In this document: one piece after another, positions 1-8,206 of the stretch
Layout of the letters: each line of letters starts with the position of its first letter
How positions within the stretch are numbered: position 1 is the first letter of the stretch
DNA from: a virus
Lineage: Duplodnaviria > Caudoviricetes
Length of the DNA stretch: 34,599 nt
Reading direction: 5' to 3' (one strand)
IMG/VR virus record: IMGVR_UViG_3300019996_000013
Coordinates: 1-34,599 of that record
Translations under genes and position numbers: made by a program
The notes under the pieces: model-generated
The model's database searches: none
Told to the model about the DNA's origin: nothing
Seen by the model: only the letters and a program-made list of their open reading frames with translations

Positions 1-753
1 CCCAATTGGGACCCCAGTACTACGACGAAAAGGATAAGAGTATTTTATCGCGCATGGAATCTTTCTATGCCGAAAGTATAACGATCAATCAATCGTTCTG
101 GTCAGAAGCCGATACTGATACGCGATTCTATGTTGGTGATCAGACACTCTGGTCTGATATTTATGGTAATCTTCCGGCCAACCGTAGAAAGCAGTTCAAT
201 TTCAATCGGATTATGCGCGTAGTAAACATGATCTCTGGTCATCAACGTCGGGCGCGTAAATCTACCATTGTAACGCCAATTGAAAACGCTGATCAAAAGA
301 CCGCTGACCAGTTCACCAAGGTTCTGATGTGGGCAAATCAACAAGAAGGGATACTCGAGACAATATCTGAATCGTTTCAAGGTGCCTTAATTACCGGCAT
401 GAACTTGTTACAAGTTTGGGTCGATTATCGTTCCGATCCGATATCGGGAAACATTCGTGTTGAGAATTGTCAGTACAATAGTTTTCTTATTGATCCCTAT
501 TTCAGGAAATCGGATTTATCCGATTGTAACTCTATTTGGAAACGGAGCTTTTTAACTAAGCGCGAATGTATTTCATTACTACCGAACAAAGAAGAAGAGA
601 TCATGGGCCTTTGGGGCGGATCGGCTGGTACTGGCCGCGATGGTAAATTCCAGTTCATGCCTGAATCGTACAATTATGGTATGCAGAATTTGCTCACATA
701 TGACGAATATTACTATCGCGATTACCGTAAACAAAAGCTTCTGGTTGATACCC
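1..753 (+). repeat. Terminal repeat copy A (5' part of portal gene)
   Basis: Colinear without gaps with 33847-34599; about 41 substitutions counted by eye. Confidence 0.97.
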
Positions 754-2027
754 AAACTGGTGAAACACTGGAATGGAAAAACGAAGACCAGGAACGATTA
801 AAAGAATTCCTGAGAGTCTATCCACAAGTAACGATCATAGAATCAGAAGTCCCAACAGTGCGGTTGGCGATCGTTGTTCAAGGCAAAGTGATGTACGATG
901 GTCCGAATCCTATCGGTATTGATTCATATCCCTTTGTTCCTGTTTTTGCTTATTACAATCCGCAAATGCCCTATTTCCCATGGCGTATTCAAGGTGTTGT
1001 GCGTGGACTGAGGGATCCTCAGTATCTCTATAACCGCAGAAAAGTTATCGAATTGGATATTCTCGAAAGCCAGGTCACCTCGGGCTGGATCTATAAAGAG
1101 AATGCACTCGTTAATCCTAAAGACGTATTCTTATATGGCCAGGGACGTGGACTTGCGCTTAAAGAAGAAGCACAGATGAGTGATGTGCAACAGATCCAAG
1201 CACCACAAATACCGCCTTCCATGATCGAACTGTCCAAAATTCTTGGCCAAGAGATACAAGAAATCTCCGGTGTTAACGAAGAACTCTTGGGATCGGCAAC
1301 TGATGATAAAGCTGGAATTCTTTCTATGCTGAGACAAGGCGCAGGCTTGACTACGTTACAGGGATTATTTGACCAACTTGATCGCTCACAGAAACTTTTG
1401 GGCAAGCTCATGATCGAGATAGTACAATCTAATTTCACACCGGGCAAGATCCAACGCATTCTTGAAGAACAACCGAATGATCAGTTCTATAACAAAGCGT
1501 TTGGTAAGTATGATGCAGTTGTAGAAGAAGGTTTGAACACGTCCACACAAAAGCAGATGAACTTTGCCCAGTTGTTACAGTTACGTGAAGCCGGCGTTGC
1601 CATTCCTGATGAAGTACTTCTTGAATCGGCTACTATCCAAGATAAGACCAAGCTCGTTGAAGCAGTCACGCGTGCAGCACAAGCTAAACAACAAGCAGAA
1701 AAAGCTAAAGCTGATATGACAATGGCTGAATTACAAGCGCGTACTAATTTGGCACATGCGCGCGCAGAAGCTGATCGCGGTCTAGGATTGGAACGAGTAA
1801 GTCGTGTTCGTGAGAACCAAGAGTTTGCTGTAGAAAGGAGAGCGCAAGCGCGTAAAGACGATCAAGATGCGTTACTTTCTGCCGCTCGAGCTATGAAGGA
1901 ATTAGAGGGTATAGATCTGGCGCATATTGAAAAATTAATAAAGCTTGCATCGATACTCAAAGATCAGGAGACTAGTACTGTCAAACAACCAGCAGGAGAA
2001 ATGTATGGCAGCTCGACACAAATCTAA
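6..2027 (+). CDS. Portal protein, P22-like (5' truncated by the window edge; true N-terminus MLFPQLGPQ seen in the second copy)
   Basis: About 680 aa, follows TerL in circular order; FNRIMRVVNMISGHQRR, YPFVPVF, GVVRGLRDPQYLYN and EISGVNEELLG motifs; C-terminal coiled coil typical of the P22 portal barrel. Confidence 0.9.
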   Translation: MGPQYYDEKDKSILSRMESFYAESITINQSFWSEADTDTRFYVGDQTLWSDIYGNLPANRRKQFNFNRIMRVVNMISGHQRRARKSTIVTPIENADQKTADQFTKVLMWANQQEGILETISESFQGALITGMNLLQVWVDYRSDPISGNIRVENCQYNSFLIDPYFRKSDLSDCNSIWKRSFLTKRECISLLPNKEEEIMGLWGGSAGTGRDGKFQFMPESYNYGMQNLLTYDEYYYRDYRKQKLLVDTQTGETLEWKNEDQERLKEFLRVYPQVTIIESEVPTVRLAIVVQGKVMYDGPNPIGIDSYPFVPVFAYYNPQMPYFPWRIQGVVRGLRDPQYLYNRRKVIELDILESQVTSGWIYKENALVNPKDVFLYGQGRGLALKEEAQMSDVQQIQAPQIPPSMIELSKILGQEIQEISGVNEELLGSATDDKAGILSMLRQGAGLTTLQGLFDQLDRSQKLLGKLMIEIVQSNFTPGKIQRILEEQPNDQFYNKAFGKYDAVVEEGLNTSTQKQMNFAQLLQLREAGVAIPDEVLLESATIQDKTKLVEAVTRAAQAKQQAEKAKADMTMAELQARTNLAHARAEADRGLGLERVSRVRENQEFAVERRAQARKDDQDALLSAARAMKELEGIDLAHIEKLIKLASILKDQETSTVKQPAGEMYGSSTQI

Positions 2028-2184
2028 AGAAAAAAGAATAACGTATATAGAAATCGAGCCACGTTTGCAGGACACAAAAAACCACGAGCAACATGAAGAA
2101 CGTGCTTTCAGACGGTTAGCGCAGGCCATGGGCTATCGCTTACCGGGAGCTGAAGCACGCCGCAAACATGAGTTAGAAGAGTAG
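2005..2184 (+). CDS. Small charged hypothetical protein (59 aa)
   Basis: AGGAG at 1994-1998, ATG 2005, overlaps the portal 3' end. Confidence 0.6.
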   Translation: MAARHKSKEKRITYIEIEPRLQDTKNHEQHEERAFRRLAQAMGYRLPGAEARRKHELEE

Positions 2185-2263
2185 TTAGAGGATAAACCTT
2201 GCAGCACGCGTGGCTTCATTGGGAAGCGCAACGTGGACTGTATTTTCTACCAAGGAGATGGTG

Positions 2264-2608
2264 ATGGCAAGATATCATCAATCAAAAAAAGACCGTCGTG
2301 ATGAACGAGCAGGCATGAAGCGTTATGAGAGCGAAAAACGCGCTCAAAGTTTAAGCGATGGTGGCTACTATCAAGGGCCACAGGATCGAGAAGCTGAAGA
2401 ACGCCGTGACTCTATGATGATCCACGAAGACCGTCGCGCAGTTGCCAATCTTCCACAAGACGTGATCATGCGTCCGTGGCCTAAAGGCGGCCGTTATACA
2501 CCAGAACATATTGATGACACAATCCGTGGCGTTGATGTGCAAATGGATAAAGACGGTGAAGCAATGTACCGTCACGGTCACATGGGCTACGAAGAAGAGA
2601 AGTACTAA
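2264..2608 (+). CDS. Hypothetical protein, paralogue of 2799-3110
   Basis: AAGGAG at 2252-2257, ATG 2264; shares RR..D..MI.ED..A.ANL...P....Y....IDD motif with 2799-3110. Confidence 0.75.
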   Translation: MARYHQSKKDRRDERAGMKRYESEKRAQSLSDGGYYQGPQDREAEERRDSMMIHEDRRAVANLPQDVIMRPWPKGGRYTPEHIDDTIRGVDVQMDKDGEAMYRHGHMGYEEEKY

Positions 2609-2609
2609 T

Positions 2610-2759
2610 ATGCCGGCTATGTTACGACTCAACGAACTAACTAAGAAAATTGCATACAAGATTCTGGGCACGCCCCCGAACTTGCGCAAGGATCAACCAA
2701 AGAGAGATCCAAGGGTTGAAAAACGGTTAGTATTTGAAGAAACGCAACGAGTACGTTAA
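2610..2759 (+). CDS. Small basic hypothetical protein (49 aa, MPAMLRLNEL...)
   Basis: ATG 1 nt after the preceding stop; ends directly before a terminator. Confidence 0.6.
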   Translation: MPAMLRLNELTKKIAYKILGTPPNLRKDQPKRDPRVEKRLVFEETQRVR

Positions 2760-2760
2760 T

Positions 2761-2785
2761 GGGAGGGCTTCGGCCTTCCCCTTTT
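2761..2785 (+). terminator. Intrinsic terminator with cUUCGg tetraloop
   Basis: GGGAGGGC-TTCG-GCCTTCCC followed by CTTTT. Confidence 0.75.
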
Positions 2786-2798
2786 ATAGGAGAGAGTA

Positions 2799-3110
2799 AT
2801 GGCACGAGAACCTAAAGCTCGATCACGAGCCTCTGCGAAAAATACGTATGAAGTTATGAAAGATAAGGCCTATCTGCAAAGCGATAAACTCTACGATCAA
2901 GTACGTGATGCTCGTGGGGTATTCTATGCAGGAATAGACCAACGTCGACGACAAGAAATGGCGGATGCAGGTATGATTAAAGAAGATCATAACGCTATGG
3001 CCAACTTATCGCCAAAGCCAATTAACAAAGAGTTTCCTCGCGCAGGATTCTATTCATCGCCATACATTGATGATGCAGTTATGTGGTTTGCTGGTAATAA
3101 AGAGGAATAA
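2799..3110 (+). CDS. Hypothetical protein, paralogue of 2264-2608
   Basis: AGGAGAGAG SD; motif RRQEMADAGMIKEDHNAMANL...YIDD. Confidence 0.8.
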   Translation: MAREPKARSRASAKNTYEVMKDKAYLQSDKLYDQVRDARGVFYAGIDQRRRQEMADAGMIKEDHNAMANLSPKPINKEFPRAGFYSSPYIDDAVMWFAGNKEE

Positions 3111-3112
3111 TC

Positions 3113-3409
3113 ATGCCAAGAAAAAAAACAGGAAAGCGTGTTATTGTTGCAAAAGGTGTGAGCGTACCGCGGGCAAAAGAATCCGAGATGCGCGAAGAGC
3201 CGGGATCATCATCAGCTGGCAAATACAAATCGGTATCGCCTAAAAGCTTTGCCGGTGCTGCTGGTGGTGCAAGCAAATTATCTTTTCCTATCAATACCTT
3301 GGCACGAGCGCGTAATGCATTAGCACGTGCGCACTATGCACCAAATCCTACCGGCATACGTAAAGCGGTTTATAAAAAGTATCCTCAATTAAAAATTAAT
3401 AGGGGTTAG
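3113..3409 (+). CDS. Small very basic protein (DUF6582-like resemblance, tentative)
   Basis: GAGGA SD; K/R rich; FAG...SFPINTLARARNALARA segment. Confidence 0.7.
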   Translation: MPRKKTGKRVIVAKGVSVPRAKESEMREEPGSSSAGKYKSVSPKSFAGAAGGASKLSFPINTLARARNALARAHYAPNPTGIRKAVYKKYPQLKINRG

Positions 3410-3410
3410 T

Positions 3411-3620
3411 ATGAAGAAATCAGTAAAAAAGAAAGTAGCTAAACGAGTTTCGGCAAAGAAAAAGGTGCCTAAGTCTCCGGCTGTTCGAGAAAAAGTGGCA
3501 AAGGTAATGCATGAGTTTAAGGAAGGTGAACTTCCTATGGGAAAAAGCAAGAAGAAGGTAAAAAGCCGGAAACAAGCTATTGCTATTGCATTATCTGAAG
3601 CTCGCAAAGCTCGAAAATAA
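3411..3620 (+). CDS. Lys-rich histone-like protein with DUF6496-like domain
   Basis: KVAKVMHEFKEGEL...KKVKSRKQAIAIALSEARK matches the DUF6496 pattern; KKxxKK tail. Confidence 0.78.
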   Translation: MKKSVKKKVAKRVSAKKKVPKSPAVREKVAKVMHEFKEGELPMGKSKKKVKSRKQAIAIALSEARKARK

Positions 3621-3665
3621 TATATACAAATGCTCTTGCTCTTAAAACGGGCATTGCTCTTCATT

Positions 3666-3695
3666 GCCCCCTGGTCATCAGGGGGGCTTCTTTGT
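3666..3695 (+). terminator. Intrinsic terminator
   Basis: GCCCCCTG-GTCAT-CAGGGGGGC then TTCTTTGTT. Confidence 0.7.
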
Positions 3696-3742
3696 TATAC
3701 TCATTCTTCTATCCGCATTTTTCATGAATACGGGTCCTTGTG

Positions 3743-3780
3743 AACCATAGAGCCATTCCACTCTATGGTTTCTTCTTTCT
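3743..3780 (+). terminator. Second terminator-like hairpin
   Basis: AACCATAGAG-8nt-CTCTATGGTT then TCTTCTTTCT. Confidence 0.55.
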
Positions 3781-3833
3781 TGCCGTACGGACAAAAATCA
3801 TGCTACCCTAGCGCCATAGTTCAAGGAGTTTTC

Positions 3834-4286
3834 ATGACGCGAGAGACAGTCGGTAAAGTAGCATTCGACTTATTACAAAAACAATCTGATACTGTATCGC
3901 CCATTGAACAGATGCGGGAAAGCTTAACCGAATATGAAGATAATCTTATAGAGCGCGTTACTGACGGTAAACGAATATACTCAGGAGATTTTTTCGTTGT
4001 TGTTCTGACAAAAAAAGAACGGATTATGCAGAACGTGATCCGCAACTATTTTTTCCATCGCTCTACATGTCCAACTCCTGAATGGGATCAAGCTGTTTAT
4101 TCGTACCATAGATCTGATGATCAGATTCGATTTTTATGGGTTGTTCCTTCAAAAGATACGTGTGAACTTTTACATGCTAATGCTTTATTGGTAGATCCAT
4201 CTGAGCGTGAACTGCTCAAGTTCGTGTTAGATTTTCATGATGGAACCTTAAAAAAGATCGCTCAAAGAATGAATGGCGAAGTTTAG
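3834..4286 (+). CDS. Phage hypothetical protein (150 aa)
   Basis: AAGGAG SD before ATG 3834 (better than the track start 3765); globular, contains RSTCPTPEWDQAVY. Confidence 0.8.
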   Translation: MTRETVGKVAFDLLQKQSDTVSPIEQMRESLTEYEDNLIERVTDGKRIYSGDFFVVVLTKKERIMQNVIRNYFFHRSTCPTPEWDQAVYSYHRSDDQIRFLWVVPSKDTCELLHANALLVDPSERELLKFVLDFHDGTLKKIAQRMNGEV

Positions 4287-4338
4287 TACTATACATAACA
4301 AAAGTTGAGTTCGATACACTCAAGTAAGGAGCAAACGC

Positions 4339-5073
4339 ATGGAATTTGAAAAAGGAATCGATTCATTACCACCGGTACCGGAGATGCAAGAACAACAATC
4401 TGCCGAGGAGCAATCGCAACAGGAACAGGCACAACCAGAACAGATAGCTGCTTCCAGTCAACCTGAACGCGAAACATCCAAAGAGAAAAATATCCGTGCC
4501 CTGCGTGAACGCGCACAACGAGCTGATCAATTGGAACGGGAACGCGATGAACTCTTGCGCATGGTTAGAGAACAACACCGTGCAGTTGCTCCAACACCAC
4601 CACAAGAAGAAGATCTCGAATTCAAACTTGATGATAACGATCTTGCCGAAGGTAAACACTTATCAAAGGTCCAGCGTAAAATCCAACATCTGGAAACGCA
4701 GTTGATAGAAGCGCGGTTGAAAGCCCTATATCCTGATTTTGATCGTGTCGTTTCAGCTGAAAATGTTCGCGCTTTAAGTAGTTCGTATCCTGAAATAGCC
4801 GCTACACTCAATTCATCGCGAGATCTTTATGGCAAAGCAGTTTCTGCCTATACCATGATCAAAAAACTTGGTCTGACACAGCAAGAAGATTCTTATTCCC
4901 GTGATCGAGAAATAGCCGCTCAAAATGCCGCTAAGCCGCGACCGCTTGCAAGCGTATCGCCACAGCAAGGTGACTCGCCCTTATCCCATGCCAATGCTTT
5001 CGCTAATGGGTTAACACCAGAGCTCCGTAAGCAGTTGCATAGAGAAATGGTTGAAGCCATGAAGAAAAATTAA
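4339..5073 (+). CDS. Putative capsid scaffolding protein
   Basis: Acidic/Gln-rich N-terminus, coiled coil (NIRALRERAQRADQLERERDEL), basic helical C-terminus; lies between portal and capsid. Confidence 0.7.
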   Translation: MEFEKGIDSLPPVPEMQEQQSAEEQSQQEQAQPEQIAASSQPERETSKEKNIRALRERAQRADQLERERDELLRMVREQHRAVAPTPPQEEDLEFKLDDNDLAEGKHLSKVQRKIQHLETQLIEARLKALYPDFDRVVSAENVRALSSSYPEIAATLNSSRDLYGKAVSAYTMIKKLGLTQQEDSYSRDREIAAQNAAKPRPLASVSPQQGDSPLSHANAFANGLTPELRKQLHREMVEAMKKN

Positions 5074-5162
5074 CGAAAAACACGACTAGATAGTCTTTCC
5101 GGTGTTTTTAGTACTTTTTAAAATCGGAAAAAAGCATATACTATTTGTGCTTCTTGTTGAGC

Positions 5163-5226
5163 CAGTCCAGAAAAGAGCTAGTTGATATTGAGTATGAAAC
5201 TAATTCTTCCCTGGACTGTTTTCTTT
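5163..5226. terminator. Long hairpin between convergent scaffold and HAD genes
   Basis: CAGTCCAG...CTGGACTG with inner AAGAGCTAGTT/AACTAATTCTT pairing, followed by TTTTCTTT. Confidence 0.5.
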
Positions 5227-5854
5227 ATTCTAAAAGACCATTATCAAACATATGCCTAGCATCGGCATAGGTATATGTACGCATGTCTATTACTTGATGT
5301 ATGCCCGCAGTTTTAGCCGAGAGTATTCCTTTTTGTGTATCTTCCAAACAAATACATTCATCAGGATTAATGCCAAGTTTCTTTATAACGAAACGATACA
5401 AAGCAGGATCGGGCTTGAACGTTGCATCTACCATACATGAATTATAAATATGCTCGCCGAAAAAATTCTGCAAATTCATCTTGTGGATTAAAGGCTGAAG
5501 AGCGTAATCTGGAGCATTTGTTGCGATAGCAGTTATTATCCCACGTTGTTTACAAAAAGAATGAAAGTCTTGGAATCCTTCAACAAAATTGATTTCATTA
5601 TGATTAATAATAGCGCGCGCAATAGATTGATAGGTATGGATAATTTCTTCATCGCTTTGTCCAATATAGCCATAATGTAGACGTAAGATTTGAGCAGTTT
5701 TATAAAGACCTTTCTGAGGTCCATGAAAATCCGAACGTAGAGTTCGAAATCTCTCGAGTTCTGTATCGCCAACAAAATGACCTAAGATTTTATCCCAGAT
5801 ATGGAGAGTTTGTATAATAGTTCCATCCATATCAAATATTGCGACGTTAATCAT
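5225..5854 (-). CDS. HAD-superfamily phosphatase (beta-phosphoglucomutase/CbbY-like, C1 cap)
   Basis: Motif I FDMDGT, motif II ATN, motif III KPDP, motif IV LEDTQKG..SAKTAG. Confidence 0.92.
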   Translation of the reverse strand: MINVAIFDMDGTIIQTLHIWDKILGHFVGDTELERFRTLRSDFHGPQKGLYKTAQILRLHYGYIGQSDEEIIHTYQSIARAIINHNEINFVEGFQDFHSFCKQRGIITAIATNAPDYALQPLIHKMNLQNFFGEHIYNSCMVDATFKPDPALYRFVIKKLGINPDECICLEDTQKGILSAKTAGIHQVIDMRTYTYADARHMFDNGLLE

Positions 5855-6666
5855 TCTGCTTTCTTTCTTTCGGCCTTTGCCTGATCCTGCATTTTATGCA
5901 ATAGTGGCGCTGGCGTTACAAATTGATCGATGCGGAGCTTATTTTGTCGATACGATTGCAGTTCTGGTAGCAATCGCCGTATCTTTTCTATAGCCGTTGG
6001 TGTTCGTTTAGTTATATCATCAAAGGTTATGCGTACATGGTTATAATCAGCAGCATACTGTCCTATAGGACGTAAAAATTGATTAACGAAGGCCAATCCT
6101 TCTGCCATAGTATATTCATCTCCGATCTGTTTTTCGCTCTTATTCAAAGACTTTACTACGTCCCGTGAATCTCTTGAAACAATAACCAGATTCGGCTCAT
6201 ATCCCAATTCTTGAGCTGCTTGTAAATACAAGGGCAATAACAAACATACTCGTGGATGTTTCAGGCCAAATTGTTGAGATCCATTGAATGATTTCTTCAA
6301 TACTCTTTGTATCTTCTTTATTGCTTGTGGCGATTCTTCATGGGATTTAAAATCAATTGGTTGTTTGGTTGACGCATTACGTGGACAAATACCAAACGTA
6401 CGAATCAATTCTCGATTGAGAACAACAGTATTCTCGTCCTCATAATCTCCTTTTGGATTCCATGATCCTGCTGGCGTGAGCTTATCACCCAAATATAATC
6501 CCAATTGTCCCAAAACCCCTGTTGTCACCGATGTTCCACTCCGGGGAGCTCCTAAAATAAATACAGCCCTTTTTTGGTGTTCAACCATACCACTCATGGC
6601 AAAATTGGGAAAAATGACTAATGAAAATAACGCAAATGGACGTGAAACGCCCTTAGAACTGTGCAT
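5851..6666 (-). CDS. Sulfotransferase-family protein with N-terminal hydrophobic/signal segment
   Basis: 5'-PSB loop ILGAPRSGTS, NPKGDYED, LKHPR, VSRD..DVVKSL; AAGGAG SD; ATGA overlap with the HAD gene. Confidence 0.85.
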   Translation of the reverse strand: MHSSKGVSRPFALFSLVIFPNFAMSGMVEHQKRAVFILGAPRSGTSVTTGVLGQLGLYLGDKLTPAGSWNPKGDYEDENTVVLNRELIRTFGICPRNASTKQPIDFKSHEESPQAIKKIQRVLKKSFNGSQQFGLKHPRVCLLLPLYLQAAQELGYEPNLVIVSRDSRDVVKSLNKSEKQIGDEYTMAEGLAFVNQFLRPIGQYAADYNHVRITFDDITKRTPTAIEKIRRLLPELQSYRQNKLRIDQFVTPAPLLHKMQDQAKAERKKAE

Positions 6667-7020
6667 ACAGTACTCCTTGTTGAGGAAGGTTAAAACGCTG
6701 CTTTTAATGATCTCTTTTAGAAGAGAATGACATTCATTTGAGTATGAATTCTTACTTCTTAAAAGATCATCTTTTCTAGCATGTACATTTTTACATAGTT
6801 CGTCAATAGCTTTTTTATTTATTTTTATGAATTATACAAACAGAAAGAAGTAACGTTAAAAATTGGCTCTAGTGGCTTATTTTCATTTCTTTCTATTTAT
6901 AAAAAAAACTATATTCTCTTCATGTTGGTTATCATTTGATAAAATAAAAAAGGGGGGAATATAGGCTAAGAATAAGACATTATCGTATACCTACAATATA
7001 ATTTTCTAAGGGATAAAATT

Positions 7021-7605
7021 ATGATAAAAAAAAGTATATTATTGAGTATTCTTTCAATAAGTGTCATGAGCAACGCAGCATTGCTCGATGGATTGAAGCT
7101 TACTGACGATAATTTAGTAGTGTCAGCGCCGTTGGTTATAAATCCTTCGGCATTAGGCGCATTGAAAGTCTATCGTGATGATAGTAAGTTCTGCGTGCAG
7201 ACGCCAAAAGGCAAGCTCCGTACGATAAAACCATGTTTTGTAAATAAAGAACTTCGTCGCATGGATAAGAGCGAGCTGGCTAAATTACTGACTGCAGGAT
7301 CATATTTAAGGCTTAAACAAAATGCGGAAGGCGATTACGCGCTTGATCTTGATGGGCGTCTACAAGCTGGTGGCCCTATTGGAGGATCAATAGGATGCTT
7401 TTTAGGCAAAGGACTTGTCTATGGTGTTAGCTATGGCGCTATAGGTTTGGTTTCTGCAGCCGTTTCAGCTGTAGCGACACCAGTAGCTGGAGCAGCTGTT
7501 GGTGGTGCTCTTCGGGGTATTTTTGGTCCTGCTATTGAAGGTGCAAGTAATGTTGCAGCAGTAACCTGTGGCATTGCAGGCGCAGCATTGACTGGTCCTG
7601 TGTGA
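7021..7605 (+). CDS. Secreted protein with RLQAGG motif and hydrophobic Gly/Ala-rich C-terminus (bacteriocin/pore-former precursor-like)
   Basis: Sec signal MIKKSILLSILSISVMSNA; basic central domain; GG at aa 117-118; 76-aa hydrophobic tail. Confidence 0.8.
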   Translation: MIKKSILLSILSISVMSNAALLDGLKLTDDNLVVSAPLVINPSALGALKVYRDDSKFCVQTPKGKLRTIKPCFVNKELRRMDKSELAKLLTAGSYLRLKQNAEGDYALDLDGRLQAGGPIGGSIGCFLGKGLVYGVSYGAIGLVSAAVSAVATPVAGAAVGGALRGIFGPAIEGASNVAAVTCGIAGAALTGPV

Positions 7606-7616
7606 GGAAATAAAAG

Positions 7617-7751
7617 ATGAGATGGTTATGGATTGGATGGGTAGAATACGAGTGTATGTGGCAGTACTTGCTTCATTATTTTCTTCTCCACTGTTCCGTG
7701 TGCTGCGCTCTTTTTTTTATTTTTTCTGGTATAAGGAAATGGTATGAGTGA
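7617..7751 (+). CDS. Micro membrane peptide 1 (44 aa, MRWLWIGWVEYECMWQYLLHYFLLHCSVCCALFFIFSGIRKWYE)
   Basis: GAGG SD overlapping the upstream stop; hydrophobic core; below the ORF-track cutoff. Confidence 0.55.
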   Translation: MRWLWIGWVEYECMWQYLLHYFLLHCSVCCALFFIFSGIRKWYE

Positions 7752-7854
7752 ATGGCTGGCAAATCCACACGTGATAGCTGAGTTTGTCATGTATCTATGG
7801 ATCATAGCCTTTGTTCAAAAATATCTTGTCTTGAGATTTGATAAAAAGAGGTAA
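7744..7854 (+). CDS. Micro membrane peptide 2 (36 aa, MSEWLANPHVIAEFVMYLWIIAFVQKYLVLRFDKKR)
   Basis: AAGGA SD; 8-nt overlap with peptide 1; one TM segment and basic tail. Confidence 0.6.
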   Translation: MSEWLANPHVIAEFVMYLWIIAFVQKYLVLRFDKKR

Positions 7855-7856
7855 AT

Positions 7857-7949
7857 ATGTGGTTATGGTGGGAATTATATCTTGTGGGCATTATTGCATT
7901 CTTGGTATTTTTAATGGTATATAGTCTTTCCTCGGAGGAAGATCAATGA
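7857..7949 (+). CDS. Micro membrane peptide 3 (30 aa, MWLWWELYLVGIIAFLVFLMVYSLSSEEDQ)
   Basis: AAGAGG SD; starts 2 nt after peptide 2; clear TM helix. Confidence 0.62.
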   Translation: MWLWWELYLVGIIAFLVFLMVYSLSSEEDQ

Positions 7950-8050
7950 TCATTACTCAGTGGGAACATTATCTCATCGCTTTGCTAGTACTCATACCTA
8001 CCTACAAAATCTTGTATGATTTTTTCATGAACCATCCACTAAAACAATAA
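7946..8050 (+). CDS. Micro membrane peptide 4 (34 aa, MIITQWEHYLIALLVLIPTYKILYDFFMNHPLKQ)
   Basis: GGAGG SD; ATGA overlap with peptide 3; ends just before the terminator. Confidence 0.62.
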   Translation: MIITQWEHYLIALLVLIPTYKILYDFFMNHPLKQ

Positions 8051-8063
8051 AATCATTTTCATA

Positions 8064-8107
8064 ACAAACAAAAATACCCAGAAATTTATCTGGGTATTTT
8101 TGTTTGT
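8064..8107. terminator. Bidirectional terminator, perfect 19-bp inverted repeat
   Basis: ACAAACAAAAATACCCAGA-AATTTA-TCTGGGTATTTTTGTTTGT. Confidence 0.75.
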
Positions 8108-8172
8108 AGAGTTATTTTCTTGTCGGGGAGACAAAGAAAGCCTGTGACTAGGCAGGGGATAGCATAGCAAGG

Positions 8173-8202
8173 TTGCATAGAAAAAAAAGTTATGGTTATA
8201 CT
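8173..8202 (+). promoter_or_regulatory. Putative sigma70-type promoter for the capsid operon
   Basis: TTGCAT-18nt-TATACT; predicted start near 8208. Confidence 0.55.
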
Positions 8203-8206
8203 TGAG

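Noticed and set aside
4288-4315. dif/Xer-like site ACTATACATAA-CAAAAG-TTGAGTTCGAT
   Set aside because: Only 7/11 match to the XerD arm, and the right half is better explained by the hairpin TTGAGT/ACTCAA in front of the scaffold SD
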